A DNA stretch of 64,000 nucleotides from Candidatus Oxydemutatoraceae bacterium (GCA_965218975.1 OZ244717.1:256001-320000), one strand, 5' to 3'; positions 40,933-51,994 are shown, counted from the first letter of the stretch. Notes: a model not told the origin generated them from the letters alone. Numbers and translations: made by a program.

Positions 40933-41670
40933 ATGTCGGTTATGACGGTTGTGTACACGGCGCTTTTTTACATTGCGACTGCGGTGTTAGTGTTCGGTAG
41001 CGGGTGGAAAATTTGGTGCTACATGCGTATCCCCGCACCTCTGATAATTCCCACGACACCCGCGCCGACAAGTCGACGAGGAGTTGTTTTTAGAATTTTC
41101 AAAGAAGTGGTTATGTTTGAGAGTTTGTTTAAATCAAACAAATGGATTTGGTTATTCGGTTGGTTGTTTCATTTCGGTTTATTTCTTGTTCTGCTACGTC
41201 ACCTGCGTTATTTTACCGAACCGGTTTGGTTTTGGGTTGAGTGGCTGCAGCCATTCGGCAAGTACGCCTCGTTTATGCTTATAGCCGGTCTTGTCGGATT
41301 GTGGTTGCGTCGTCTGGTTGTAGATCGGGTGAGGTATATTTCTTCTCCCTCCGACCACTTAATGTTGTTATTGCTGTTTGCGATCGGCGTCAGTGGGATG
41401 ATGATGACTTTCGCTTTCAAAGTCGACATCGTTGCGACCAAAGCGTTTTTTGTCGGTTTAATGCGGTTCGACTTGCATCCTTTGCCTACCGACGGATGGA
41501 TGATTTTTCATATTACTTTGGTTGCTTTGCTGATGATGGTGTTTCCGATAAGCAAGCTTTTGCATGCACCGGGGCTGTTTTTTAGCCCGACACATAATCA
41601 AGTTGATAATCCGCGTGAGAAGCGTCATGTTACTGCGTGGGCATTAAAGCTTGAATCAAAGGCAAAATGA
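40933..41670 (+). CDS. dsrM: DsrM membrane cytochrome b
   Basis: IPTTPAP, WLFHFG..LRHLRYF, FPISKLLHAPG, QVDNPRE. Confidence 0.95.
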   Translation: MSVMTVVYTALFYIATAVLVFGSGWKIWCYMRIPAPLIIPTTPAPTSRRGVVFRIFKEVVMFESLFKSNKWIWLFGWLFHFGLFLVLLRHLRYFTEPVWFWVEWLQPFGKYASFMLIAGLVGLWLRRLVVDRVRYISSPSDHLMLLLLFAIGVSGMMMTFAFKVDIVATKAFFVGLMRFDLHPLPTDGWMIFHITLVALLMMVFPISKLLHAPGLFFSPTHNQVDNPREKRHVTAWALKLESKAK

Positions 41671-41682
41671 TAAGGAGAATTC

Positions 41683-43236
41683 GTGGCTAATACAGAGTTT
41701 CAAACCCCCGAGTTTCGTGAATATCGCATCATTCCTAAATTACGGAAAAATGTGATGCGCCACAGCGCTCCATACACCGCCAAGCCGGAATTTCAAAAAC
41801 CGCTTGGTTTCCCGGGTGAGTTGGTTGATAACTGGGAGGAAGTCGCGGTTACCAAGCTTGGCGAAATGACGCAAAAATATCGCTCGCTTAAGGTATTTCT
41901 TGATTCGTGCGTAAAATGCGGCGCTTGCACGGATAAATGCCATTATTACTTGGGCACGGCTGATCCCAACAATATGCCGGTTGCGCGCCAAGATCTGTTG
42001 CGCAAAGTATACCGGCGTTATTACACTTTCAGCGGCAAGTATTTTCCGAAGCTAGTCGGTGCGGAGGATATGACAAAAAAAGTTTTGGACGAATGGTGGA
42101 CCTATTTTCATCAGTGTTCACAATGTCGGCGTTGTTCGGTTTATTGTCCGTATGGAATCGATACCGCAGAGATTTCTATGGCGGCACGTGAGATTATGGA
42201 TCATGTTGGGAAAGGGCAGAAATACTGCAATGAGATTATCGGGAAAGTACATGCGATCGGCAATAATCTCGGGTTACCCGAACCGGCTTTGCGCGATACT
42301 CTTGAAGGGCTTGAAGAAGAAGTGCTTGAGGATACCGGGGCGAATGTTCGTTTCCCGCTGGATGAAAAAGGCGCCGACGTTTTATTGGTAACACCGTCGG
42401 CAGATTTTTTTGCCGAACCGCATGTGGACGGTTTAATCGGTTACGCCAAAGTATTTCATCAGGCACGGATTCGTTGGACGCTAAGTTCGTATGCCAGCGA
42501 GGCGGCGAATTTTGGTATGTTTATCGGCAGTTATGAAAATATGCGTAGTTTGGCGTTACGTATCCGAGAGGCTGCTTTGAAATTGGGAGTCAAACGAATT
42601 GTTTTCGGCGAGTGCGGTCATGCGTGGCGAGTTGCGTATAGTTTTCTAAATACTTTAGCGGGACCTTTTGATTTTCTTGATCCGGACTATCCGGTGCCGC
42701 AGCATATTTGCGAAGTAACGTACGATTTGATACGGCAAGACAAATTAACACTTGATCCTTCGCAGAATGACGACATGGTGTTGACTTACCATGATTCGTG
42801 TAATGTGGCACGTGCTTCACGGATGGGAAAGACTCCCGGCGGACAATTTGAAATCCCGCGTGAAATTATCAGAGCGTGTTGCAATCACTTTTATGATATG
42901 CCTGCGGATACGGTTCGCGAGGGGACTTATTGTTGCGGCGGCGGCGGTGGTTTGCTGACTGATGATTTGGTTGAATTGCGAGTTAAGGGGGCTTTGCCGC
43001 GGATGGAAGCGCTGAAAGAAGTTGTTGATGAGTATCGGGTGACCCATATGGCGGCAATTTGCGCAATTTGTAAAAGCCAATTCTCAAAAGTTTTGCCGTA
43101 TTATGGCTTTGAAATGGATCAAATCGTTAGCGTTCATCAGTTGGTGAGTAACGCCATTGTTTTAGAACCGGATGCCGGTTCGGCTGTCGCGGCGGCGGCA
43201 GCAGAAAGCGAGCAATTGCCGGAAGAAGTGGCGTAG
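41683..43236 (+). CDS. dsrK: DsrK Fe-S protein
   Basis: CVKCGACTDKC, CSQCRRCSVYCP, GECGHAWR, YHDSCN, CCGGGGG. Confidence 0.96.
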   Translation: MANTEFQTPEFREYRIIPKLRKNVMRHSAPYTAKPEFQKPLGFPGELVDNWEEVAVTKLGEMTQKYRSLKVFLDSCVKCGACTDKCHYYLGTADPNNMPVARQDLLRKVYRRYYTFSGKYFPKLVGAEDMTKKVLDEWWTYFHQCSQCRRCSVYCPYGIDTAEISMAAREIMDHVGKGQKYCNEIIGKVHAIGNNLGLPEPALRDTLEGLEEEVLEDTGANVRFPLDEKGADVLLVTPSADFFAEPHVDGLIGYAKVFHQARIRWTLSSYASEAANFGMFIGSYENMRSLALRIREAALKLGVKRIVFGECGHAWRVAYSFLNTLAGPFDFLDPDYPVPQHICEVTYDLIRQDKLTLDPSQNDDMVLTYHDSCNVARASRMGKTPGGQFEIPREIIRACCNHFYDMPADTVREGTYCCGGGGGLLTDDLVELRVKGALPRMEALKEVVDEYRVTHMAAICAICKSQFSKVLPYYGFEMDQIVSVHQLVSNAIVLEPDAGSAVAAAAAESEQLPEEVA

Positions 43237-43321
43237 TGTCATATCGTAAAAAGTTTATATTAAGAAGCATTGAGCCAATGAATAGGATCAATCCTAAAAT
43301 TACTTTAGCAGGAGCATTAAG

Positions 43322-45280
43322 ATGCTAGTGAATAATGCGGCGCAAAAAATTGAGCAGAAACTTACTTTTAGAAAATTTAAAGATGGTGAAAACAAGTGGG
43401 AGAGTTTAAACGAACAGATTTTCAAGGCAGACCGCTCGCATAAGTGTCCGACATACGTACACCGCACTCCGCCATGTCAAGGCAGCTGTCCGTCCGGCGA
43501 AGATATTCGCGGCTGGTTGTCGATTGTGCGTGGGATCGAGAAACCCGGCGAAGGTGCTTCAATGCAGGAATATGCGTTTCAGCGTTCGACTGCGGCTAAT
43601 CCTTTTCCGTCCATGATGGGACGTGTATGTCCGGCACCGTGTCAGGTCGGCTGTAACCGCAATCATGTTGAGGATTTTGTCGGGATTAATGCGGTTGAAC
43701 AATATATAGGTGATTACGCCTATAAAAATGGGTATGAATTCAAAGACATTTCCGCGGTAGGCGATAAGAGAGTGGCGATTATCGGAGGCGGTCCCGCCGG
43801 CTTGTCCGCGGCATATCATTTGCGTCGCAAAGGTCATGCAAGTGTCATTTTTGAACTTCAAGAGGAGCTCGGCGGAATGATGTATTACGGTATCCCGGGA
43901 TACCGGACACCGCGCGGGATACTTAAACATGAGATTCAACGGATTCTGAATATGGGGAATATCGAGGTGCATACATCGGTGCAAGTAGGTAAGGATATTC
44001 AGGTGAGTGATATTGAAAAAGAGTACGATGCGATTATTTGGTGCATTGGCTGCCAGTCGGGACGTGCTTTGCCGATACCGGGCGGCGACGCGCCAAACTG
44101 TGTTTCGGGTGTGAAATTTCTTGAAGCCTTTAACAAAGGCATTTTGCAGGTTGCGTCAAATCGCGTCGCTTGCGTGGGCGGGGGTGATACGTCAATTGAT
44201 GTGGTATCGGTTGCCAGACGCTTGGGCAAGATTGAATCTTTGGACAAAAAAATGTATCCCGAGCATGTGGTCGGCGGGTATGTTGCGCATGATGCCGCTT
44301 TTGCTGCCGCCCGTGAGGGTGCGCAAGTAACTCTGACTTCATTATTTTCCCGCGAGGAAATGACTGCCAGTGAAGCAGAAGTGCAAGATGCTTTAAAGGA
44401 AGGCGTCAAAATTATTAATGGGGTCATGCCGGTAGAAGTTGTACTCGATGGCGCCGGACGAGCTACGGCATTGCGAATGACAAAATGTAAAATGATTGAG
44501 GGCAAGCCGGTTGCAGAAGAAGGTGGCGAAATTGAGATTCCCTGCGATCTGTTGGTTTCGGCCATCGGACAAGGCGGTAACTTAAACGGTTTAACCGAGT
44601 TTAATAACGGACGCGGTCTGATGGATGTAGATAAATTCTATGCGATTCCGGAGCATCAGGGGCATTTTGCCGCCGGCGATATTATTCGCCCGCATTTATT
44701 AACGACTGCTATCGGACAAGGTTCGATTGCGGCAGACAGCGTCGATTTTTACCTGCGTGAGACTGAAGCCGGCAAACGACCTAAGGTTGATGTGCATCAC
44801 TTTAATCTACTTGATAAATTAAAAGAACATAATCTTGAACCTGATAAATTTGAAGGTGGCGGTCAATGGGGAACTTGCGCCGCTGATTTTTCATTACATA
44901 ATTACGAAGATCGATCCGGCCAGGAAATCATCCCTCCCGAGAAATTATTTTTAGGTCATTTTAGTTATGTCGAGCAGAAGGAACGTGAAGGTTGCGGGCC
45001 CGGTTTGGACCAAGTATTGGGACATTTTGAAGAACGGGTAATGGGGCTTGATGATAACGATGCGGTTGAAGAAGCCAACCGGTGTATGAGTTGCGGGATG
45101 TGTTTTGAATGCGATAACTGTGTCATTTTCTGTCCGCAGGATGCGGTTTTTCGTGTTGATAAGAATAAAAGTACTACCGGACGCTATGTTGATACCAATT
45201 ATGATCGCTGTATCGGTTGCCACATATGTGCGGATGTATGTCCGACCGGCTATATCGATATGGCATTGGGTGATCATTAA
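43322..45280 (+). CDS. dsrL: DsrL Fe-S flavoprotein, NAD(P)H oxidoreductase
   Basis: PPCQGSCPSG, GRVCPAPC, GGGPAG, GGGDTSIDV, YEDRS, C-terminal 2[4Fe-4S] ferredoxin. Confidence 0.93.
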   Translation: MLVNNAAQKIEQKLTFRKFKDGENKWESLNEQIFKADRSHKCPTYVHRTPPCQGSCPSGEDIRGWLSIVRGIEKPGEGASMQEYAFQRSTAANPFPSMMGRVCPAPCQVGCNRNHVEDFVGINAVEQYIGDYAYKNGYEFKDISAVGDKRVAIIGGGPAGLSAAYHLRRKGHASVIFELQEELGGMMYYGIPGYRTPRGILKHEIQRILNMGNIEVHTSVQVGKDIQVSDIEKEYDAIIWCIGCQSGRALPIPGGDAPNCVSGVKFLEAFNKGILQVASNRVACVGGGDTSIDVVSVARRLGKIESLDKKMYPEHVVGGYVAHDAAFAAAREGAQVTLTSLFSREEMTASEAEVQDALKEGVKIINGVMPVEVVLDGAGRATALRMTKCKMIEGKPVAEEGGEIEIPCDLLVSAIGQGGNLNGLTEFNNGRGLMDVDKFYAIPEHQGHFAAGDIIRPHLLTTAIGQGSIAADSVDFYLRETEAGKRPKVDVHHFNLLDKLKEHNLEPDKFEGGGQWGTCAADFSLHNYEDRSGQEIIPPEKLFLGHFSYVEQKEREGCGPGLDQVLGHFEERVMGLDDNDAVEEANRCMSCGMCFECDNCVIFCPQDAVFRVDKNKSTTGRYVDTNYDRCIGCHICADVCPTGYIDMALGDH

Positions 45281-45286
45281 GCGTGA

Positions 45287-45757
45287 TTGATATTGATGCG
45301 CCATGTGCTGATTTTTTCTATTGTATCGATGGTGGTTTTTGCCGCTTTGCTCGGAGGCATTACTTTCGCCGATTCCGAACGTAGCAGTCTGCTACCGAAA
45401 TTACCTCTTGCAAAAGGCGAGCGGTGTGTTGAGCCGACCGAAATAATGCGTCGCCGACACATGGACTTTCTTTTGCATCAACGTGACCTCACTGTCGTAA
45501 AAGGGATTCGTACTGAAAAATATCGGTTTGTGAATTGCCTTAATTGCCATGTGCTGCCTGATGCGGAGGGTCGCTACGCGCGACATACCGATACTGAACA
45601 TTTCTGTACCGGATGCCATCAATTCAGCGCGGTGAAGATAGATTGCTTCCAATGTCATGCCGACAGACCGGAAGAAGCCTTTGCAGCAAAAGTCGTCCGG
45701 CCATCATTAAATGATGAAATGACAGATGCTTTACGGCATCGTTCGCAGTCGCAATGA
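45287..45757 (+). CDS. dsrJ: DsrJ triheme cytochrome c
   Basis: Signal/TM, CVEP..MRRRHM, CLNCH, CTGCH, CFQCH. Confidence 0.93.
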   Translation: MILMRHVLIFSIVSMVVFAALLGGITFADSERSSLLPKLPLAKGERCVEPTEIMRRRHMDFLLHQRDLTVVKGIRTEKYRFVNCLNCHVLPDAEGRYARHTDTEHFCTGCHQFSAVKIDCFQCHADRPEEAFAAKVVRPSLNDEMTDALRHRSQSQ

Positions 45758-46515
45758 AAGATACCGTATCACTTCAACCGTCTGATCGCAGTCGCCGTAG
45801 TTTTTTGAAAAGCGGGGCTGCTTTTGCCGGTAGCGCCGCTATCGCTCCCGGTGTTTTTCTCTATAGCGTGAGTCAAGCAAGGCCCTTGGATAAAGCAGTT
45901 ACCGATTCTGTGCGGTGGGGGATGTTGGTTGATACCAATCGTTGCGCCGAAGGCTGTAGCGAGTGCGTTACAGCGTGTAACGAAGAGCACGGATTAAACG
46001 GGACGAATCGTCCGTCAACCGATGCGCAATGGATACGCAAGCTCACTATCCGTGATAAAAAAGCCGGATTCAAGAAGTCGTTTCCGGTCATGTGCCAGCA
46101 TTGCGAGTCTCCTCCTTGTGTGGATGTTTGTCCGACCGGCGCCTCTTTTAAGCGTGCCGACGGCATTGTGTTGGTCGACAAGCACACCTGTATTGGTTGC
46201 CGTTATTGCATGATGGCTTGTCCTTACAAAGCGCGTTCATTCATTCACGAAACATTGCACGATCAGTTGCCCCATGCGCCGAGAGGGAAAGGCACAGTCG
46301 AGAGTTGCACTTTCTGTGTTCACAAGCTGGATCGCAACGAAGGTACCACTGCTTGTGTTCAGGCTTGTGAACATGCCGGGCACCGAGCTTTGATATTCGG
46401 TGATTTGAATGATCCGAAAAGTGAAATATCGTCGCGCTTGAAAGAGTATGGCGCGATGCAGATTCGATCGGATCTCGGTTTGAATACCGGAGTACGTTAT
46501 CAGGGGCTGCTATGA
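45754..46515 (+). CDS. dsrO: DsrO periplasmic Fe-S protein
   Basis: Tat motif SRRSFLK; CQHCESPPCVDVCP, CIGCRYCMMACP. Confidence 0.94.
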   Translation: MKDTVSLQPSDRSRRSFLKSGAAFAGSAAIAPGVFLYSVSQARPLDKAVTDSVRWGMLVDTNRCAEGCSECVTACNEEHGLNGTNRPSTDAQWIRKLTIRDKKAGFKKSFPVMCQHCESPPCVDVCPTGASFKRADGIVLVDKHTCIGCRYCMMACPYKARSFIHETLHDQLPHAPRGKGTVESCTFCVHKLDRNEGTTACVQACEHAGHRALIFGDLNDPKSEISSRLKEYGAMQIRSDLGLNTGVRYQGLL

Positions 46516-47720
46516 GACCGGTACGTTTTGCCGCGCTTTCAGCGGATAACATCGGTTACTACTTGTGGCTCAGCGGCTTCGGATTGCTCTCTATGATAGG
46601 AGTCGCAGCGGCTTGGTACATGGAACACCACGGGCATTATGTGACGAATATGAATAATCAGATTGTTTGGGGCGCTCCGCATGTATTCGCAATTTTTCTG
46701 ATAGTGATTGCTTCCGGAGTGTTGAATGTGGCATCCATAGCCTCTGTTTTCGGAAAAATAGATTACAAACCTTTAGCCCGGCTGTCGGCGCTGCTTGCCA
46801 TAGTATTTTTAGCAGGTGGTCTCGCAGTGTTGGTACTGGACTTAGGCCGCCCCGACCGCTTGATTATTGCAATGACTTATTATAACTTTAAGTCGATATT
46901 CGCTTGGAATATTATTCTTTATACCGGATTTTTTGCCGTTGTGATCATTTACCTTTGGACGATGTTTGAGCGACGAATGCATCGATATGCAAAGTTCGGC
47001 GGAACAGTCGCATTAATTTGGCGCTTGATTCTAACCACAGGCACCGGGGCTATTTTTGGCTTTTTGGTTGCACGCCAAGCATATGATGCTGCTATTATGG
47101 CGCCATTGTTTATTGCGATGTCATTTTCATCGGGTTTGGCAGCTTTCATTTTGGTGTTAATGACGACATTTTACCTGTCAAACCGCGTACTCGGCGATTA
47201 TATTTTGCTTAAATTGCGTAATCTTTTAGGCGTGTTTGTTGCGACTGTTTTATATTTTACATTGGTATACAACCTGACCAATCTTTATGCGACGGAACAC
47301 CACGGCATTGAAATATTCCTGCTTAAAGAGGGGGGAATTTATCCGTTACTATTTTGGGTCGGGCAAATTGGCATCGGGAGCGTCATTCCGCTGATTTTGT
47401 TTTATTCGTTTCCGTTCGGAAACTGCCGTTTGACGACAATGTTTGGGAGTGTTTTAGTACTGGTCGGAATACTTCTACAAGTTTATGTTATTGTAATCGG
47501 CGGTCAGGCATATCCGTTGGTTCTGTTCCCCGGACTGGAGGAGAGCAGTAGCTTTTTTGATGGCGCCATCACTTCTTATACACCTAGCTTGCCGGAGGTT
47601 CTACTAGGGATCGGCGGGATTGGTATTGCACTCGCGCTGCTGGTGTTTATGCTCGGAGTATTAGACTTTTTACCGGAGAATCTTTCCGACGCGCAATTTG
47701 ATATACCGGCGGCCGGCTAA
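46512..47720 (+). CDS. dsrP: DsrP (NrfD-family membrane protein)
   Basis: VWGAPH, LDLGRPDRL, SIFAWN, IIGGQAYP-like motif. Confidence 0.93.
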   Translation: MRPVRFAALSADNIGYYLWLSGFGLLSMIGVAAAWYMEHHGHYVTNMNNQIVWGAPHVFAIFLIVIASGVLNVASIASVFGKIDYKPLARLSALLAIVFLAGGLAVLVLDLGRPDRLIIAMTYYNFKSIFAWNIILYTGFFAVVIIYLWTMFERRMHRYAKFGGTVALIWRLILTTGTGAIFGFLVARQAYDAAIMAPLFIAMSFSSGLAAFILVLMTTFYLSNRVLGDYILLKLRNLLGVFVATVLYFTLVYNLTNLYATEHHGIEIFLLKEGGIYPLLFWVGQIGIGSVIPLILFYSFPFGNCRLTTMFGSVLVLVGILLQVYVIVIGGQAYPLVLFPGLEESSSFFDGAITSYTPSLPEVLLGIGGIGIALALLVFMLGVLDFLPENLSDAQFDIPAAG

Positions 47721-47764
47721 AGATCCTCGGCGGCAGCTAGAATTGACGGTTGTGGAGAACAGCA

Positions 47765-49186
47765 ATGAAGCTACTTGTCAGCGCAACGCGTAAATCGTCG
47801 GGTAAAACTGCTTTTTGCGTCGGTTTTTTGGCGGCATTACGCCGGCGTGGTATTCCGGTTCAGCCGTTTAAGAAGGGCCCCGATTATATTGATCCGCAGT
47901 GGTTGTCGCTTGCCGCTGATAAGCCATGTTACAACCTTGATTTTCATGTCCAAACCGATAATGAAATAACAACATTCTTTGACCGTAGAAGGCAAGATGC
48001 TTTCGCAGTTGTTGAAGCCAACAAAGGTTTGTATGATGGGGTGTCATCGGATGGCTGTGATAGTAACGCAGCGTTGGCGTATTTATTGAATCTTCCGGTT
48101 TTATTGGTGCTTGATTGCAACGGTACGACACGTGGTATCGCGCCATTATTACAGGGCTATTTAAATTTTGATAATCGGATAAAGATTATCGGTGTGGTAT
48201 TAAATAAAGTTGGTGGCGACCGTCATCGGAACAAACTGGAAACAATCATTCGCATGCATGTCGGAATACCGGTGAAGGGAGCTATTATGCGTGATACGCG
48301 TATGGAATTACTTGAACGACATTTAGGTTTGGTGCCGGAAAATGAGAGGGGAGATGCGGCGACAATTGTCGAAAAAATGCGGGCTGCGGTTGAAGAACAA
48401 GTCAATTGCGGTGAAGTGTTGGGGTTGGCATTTCATTCGGACAAAAAAGACAAAGGAAGCATGACTTCGCAAAGAAATAAAGTCATACTCTCATTGAGCG
48501 ACACTGAGCGAGTCAGTGTTTTGCCGCAAAGCCGATTCCGGCTAGGAATATTCCGCGATCAAGCGTTTGGATTTTATTATCCGGATGATTTGGAATCTTT
48601 ACAACAACATGGCGCAGAGCTGGTTTTCATTGACAGCTTACATGACATCAATTTGCCGCCGGTGGACGGACTTTTAATCGGCGGCGGATTTCCTGAGACT
48701 CAAGCGAGTTTGTTACAGGCAAACTGTAGTTTACGTGAGCAAGTCAAACAAGCGATTGAAGCGGGTCTACCGGTATATGCCGAGTGCGGCGGGCTAATGT
48801 ATTTGACGAGAAGTATCACATGGCAAGGGCAAAAGTACGCGATGTCCGATGTACTACCGGCAGATACTATTATGCATGATACGCCGCAAGGCAGGGGCTA
48901 TACTCGGGTATATGAAACCGAAGCGATGCTCTGGGGCTCGGTTCAGGAAGGAGAAAGCAATATGATTTGCGGACATGAATTTCACTACTCTGAGATTATT
49001 GATTTACCGCAGTCCACATCAATGGCATTTGATATGTTGCGCGGCGGAGGGATTGCCAACGGTAAAGACGGCATTGTTTACAAGAACCTGCTTGCAACCT
49101 ACTTGCATCAACGGTCAACGCAGGCTAATCCGTGGACGAAGCGGTTTGCTGAATTTATTCTAGCGTGTAAATCGGGTAATGATTGA
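47765..49186 (+). CDS. dsrN: DsrN siroheme amidase (CbiA-like)
   Basis: KSSGKT, FKKGPDYID, ERHLGL, AFGFYYPDD, GGGFPE, YAECGGLMYL, GHEFHYS; follows dsrP. Confidence 0.9.
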   Translation: MKLLVSATRKSSGKTAFCVGFLAALRRRGIPVQPFKKGPDYIDPQWLSLAADKPCYNLDFHVQTDNEITTFFDRRRQDAFAVVEANKGLYDGVSSDGCDSNAALAYLLNLPVLLVLDCNGTTRGIAPLLQGYLNFDNRIKIIGVVLNKVGGDRHRNKLETIIRMHVGIPVKGAIMRDTRMELLERHLGLVPENERGDAATIVEKMRAAVEEQVNCGEVLGLAFHSDKKDKGSMTSQRNKVILSLSDTERVSVLPQSRFRLGIFRDQAFGFYYPDDLESLQQHGAELVFIDSLHDINLPPVDGLLIGGGFPETQASLLQANCSLREQVKQAIEAGLPVYAECGGLMYLTRSITWQGQKYAMSDVLPADTIMHDTPQGRGYTRVYETEAMLWGSVQEGESNMICGHEFHYSEIIDLPQSTSMAFDMLRGGGIANGKDGIVYKNLLATYLHQRSTQANPWTKRFAEFILACKSGND

Positions 49187-50427
49187 AAGCGGGTATGAGC
49201 ACGACATTCAGTGAGAATCATCTCGGTAAAAGAATTCGCTCTCGCGACAATGCCTTAGTAAGGTCTTTGATTCGGCAAGGGTGTAGAACGGAATACGACC
49301 ATGGCATATTGTATTTGATTGATACGTTTTGGACTTCGCGTCAGAGACAAGGGCATAGTTTGCATGAAATTAGCTATCGCGCTTGCTTTAAGCCACAGCT
49401 GCCGGAATTCTTTATTAATCGCCTTACGACAGAAAGCGATAGAGTATTTGATCCGTTTATGGGACGCGGTACGACTCCGGTCCAAGCCGCATTGATGCGA
49501 AGACAGCCTGTAGGAAGCGATCAAAACCCATTATGCGTCATGCTGACGCGCCCGCGGTTATGTCCGCCGACGCCTGTAGCGATTAAGGAACGCTTATCAC
49601 GGATTGATCTGACAACAGCATTGGTTGACGACGTGAAGGATGATTTAACAGAGTTTTATCACCCCGAAACATTGGTGCAGATTCAGTCCTTAAAAAATTA
49701 TCTGTTAGAAAGAGACAGTCAAGGATCATTGGATTCGGTAGACGATTGGATTCGGATGGTTGCGATTAACCGCCTGACGGGACATTCGCCGGGATTTTTC
49801 TCAGTGCGGACAATGCCGCCGAATCAAGCGGTATCTATTGCATCGCAGAGAAAAATAAATCGTAAATCCGAAGTCATGCCGGCTGCTAAAAATATCCGAA
49901 TGATTATTTTAAATAAAACCAAAAGCTTGTTGCGTTCAGGTATACCGCAAGACTTTGGTCGAAACGAAAGCCGTGGTTTGTTACGTTGTTCCGCCGCCGA
50001 TAATTTATCGTTCCTTGCGACTGCAAGCGTTACTTTAGTTGTTACTTCTCCTCCGTTTTTGAATGCGGTGGATTACCGCAAAGACAATTGGCTGCGTTGT
50101 TGGTTTGCCGGGATTGACAGTCCGGCACTTCCTTTGTCACTGCACATCTCTGTTGAACGCTGGAAGATATTTATCCGCGATACTTTCAAAGCGCTAGTCA
50201 GGGTCGTGCAGCCCGGCGGCTATGTTATTTTCGAAGTCGGCGAGGTGAACAAAGGTTCCGTATTACTCGACCAAGTTGTGAAGGATGCCATTGCAGGATT
50301 GCCGTTGCACATCCATGCGGTGATGATTAACGATCAACGCTTCACTAAAACTTCCAACTGTTGGGGCATCACGAATAATCAAATCGGTACCAACACGAAC
50401 CGAATACTCATCACACAGCGAGCGTGA
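49183..50427 (+). CDS. Orphan DNA methyltransferase-like protein (alpha order)
   Basis: SYRACFKP, DPFMGRGTT (motif I) before VTSPPF (motif IV); no cognate nuclease. Confidence 0.75.
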   Translation: MKAGMSTTFSENHLGKRIRSRDNALVRSLIRQGCRTEYDHGILYLIDTFWTSRQRQGHSLHEISYRACFKPQLPEFFINRLTTESDRVFDPFMGRGTTPVQAALMRRQPVGSDQNPLCVMLTRPRLCPPTPVAIKERLSRIDLTTALVDDVKDDLTEFYHPETLVQIQSLKNYLLERDSQGSLDSVDDWIRMVAINRLTGHSPGFFSVRTMPPNQAVSIASQRKINRKSEVMPAAKNIRMIILNKTKSLLRSGIPQDFGRNESRGLLRCSAADNLSFLATASVTLVVTSPPFLNAVDYRKDNWLRCWFAGIDSPALPLSLHISVERWKIFIRDTFKALVRVVQPGGYVIFEVGEVNKGSVLLDQVVKDAIAGLPLHIHAVMINDQRFTKTSNCWGITNNQIGTNTNRILITQRA

Positions 50428-50678
50428 AGATTTGATAGACTGTTCTTTGTATGTGTATGCCACATAATTTTTAACGATGTTTTTAATGCGTGCCGGAAAC
50501 GAGGTTTGTCTTGTTTGGTTTTTGTTGTATCAGGGAGAACAAATAATGAAAGCCGGTTACTACAAAAGCAAATCGGACGTTAAAAGAGACGGTAACGGAG
50601 TAACGAAGTAATACCTGTGCTCTATAGACATGGTGAAAGGCATTTTTCAATCGCTGGAACTTCTTACTACGGCTTGCT

Positions 50679-51344
50679 TTAACCGATGGTATCTTTTTCT
50701 TTGTTCGCGCGCATTTCTAGCGTTTTTCCATGATCGCATAAATCCCGGATCAGGCATTTACGACATCGCGGTTTACGTGCAACGCACACGTAACGTCCGT
50801 GCAGTATCAGCCAATGATGAGCATGCCGCTTAAATTTATCGGGCACATATTTCAGCAAATTTTTTTCAACCTGCAAAGGGGTTTTACCCGGCGCAATGCC
50901 GGTAAGATTTGATACGCGAAAGATATGTGTATCAACAGCAATGGTTGATTCGCCGAAGGCAGTATTCAAAATCACGTTGGCGGTTTTACGGCCGACACCG
51001 GGAAGTTCTTCCAATGCGCAGCGGGTACGGGGAACTCTACCGCCATGCCGGTCGCATAATTGTTTGCAGGTTTTCATAATATTGGCAGACTTGGTATTAA
51101 ATAAGCCAATGTTTTTGATATAGGTTTTGAACTGCGTCTCGCCTAATGCCAACATTTTTTTCGGCGTGTTGGCAACTTTATATAATGCTTTGGTTGCCTT
51201 GTTGACGCTGATATCGGTTGCCTGTGCCGATAGAATCACGGCAATCAACAATTCAAAGTTTGATTTATAGCGTAATTCGGTTATCGGTTTCGGGTTCATT
51301 TTCTGAAATCGCTGAAAAATTTTGTTGCGAGTGTGACGGTCCAT
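50679..51344 (-). CDS. nth: Endonuclease III
   Basis: LSAQATD, LPGVGRKTANV HhH, AVDTH, CVARKPRCRKC....C Fe-S. Confidence 0.96.
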   Translation of the reverse strand: MDRHTRNKIFQRFQKMNPKPITELRYKSNFELLIAVILSAQATDISVNKATKALYKVANTPKKMLALGETQFKTYIKNIGLFNTKSANIMKTCKQLCDRHGGRVPRTRCALEELPGVGRKTANVILNTAFGESTIAVDTHIFRVSNLTGIAPGKTPLQVEKNLLKYVPDKFKRHAHHWLILHGRYVCVARKPRCRKCLIRDLCDHGKTLEMRANKEKDTIG

Positions 51345-51994
51345 TATTTTTTATTCAAAGCCTTGTGTATGGTGATCAACAAAGCGCAAGAAAAAAATGC
51401 GCCTGCAGGCAGTAGTGCGGGGATGAACCCCGGGTAGCCGGGCAAAGCGATGCGCAGCGCGTCGGCCGTTAATCCGAACAATAGTCCCAATCCGTCAAAT
51501 AATCTGCCGCTACCAAACAATTCACGTATCGTACCTAGTGCGATTAGGGTGATTAAAAAGCCGATACCTGTCAGTAATCCGTCTAATGCGGCCGGTATGA
51601 CGTCGTGTTTGCTTGCAAATGATTCGGCGCGGGCGATGATAATACAATTCGTTACAATCAACGGAATAAATAGACCGATCGTATGATGTGCATCATAGAA
51701 ATAAGTTTCCAACAATAAATCGATTATACCTACCCATCCGCCGATGATTACCATAAAAACCGGCAACCGCACTTCGCTCGGGATAACATTGCGTAACAAT
51801 GAAACAAAAGTTCCGCTTAACGATACGACAAACAAGCTTGCAAGTCCAAGTATCAGACCGTTTGCGACGGTGTTGGTTACCGCAAGCAGCGGGCATAAAC
51901 CAAGTAACTGTACCAGTCCGACATTATCGGCCCAAACGCTTTTAAGCTGTTGCGCAAAGCTTGGTTGTATGTAAGAGTCTGCTGCTTGTTGCAT
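51344..51994 (-). CDS. rnfE: Rnf/Rsx complex subunit E
   Basis: LLGLCPLLAVT, GLFIPLIVTNC, RAESFASK, LPAGAF. Confidence 0.93.
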   Translation of the reverse strand: MQQAADSYIQPSFAQQLKSVWADNVGLVQLLGLCPLLAVTNTVANGLILGLASLFVVSLSGTFVSLLRNVIPSEVRLPVFMVIIGGWVGIIDLLLETYFYDAHHTIGLFIPLIVTNCIIIARAESFASKHDVIPAALDGLLTGIGFLITLIALGTIRELFGSGRLFDGLGLLFGLTADALRIALPGYPGFIPALLPAGAFFSCALLITIHKALNKK

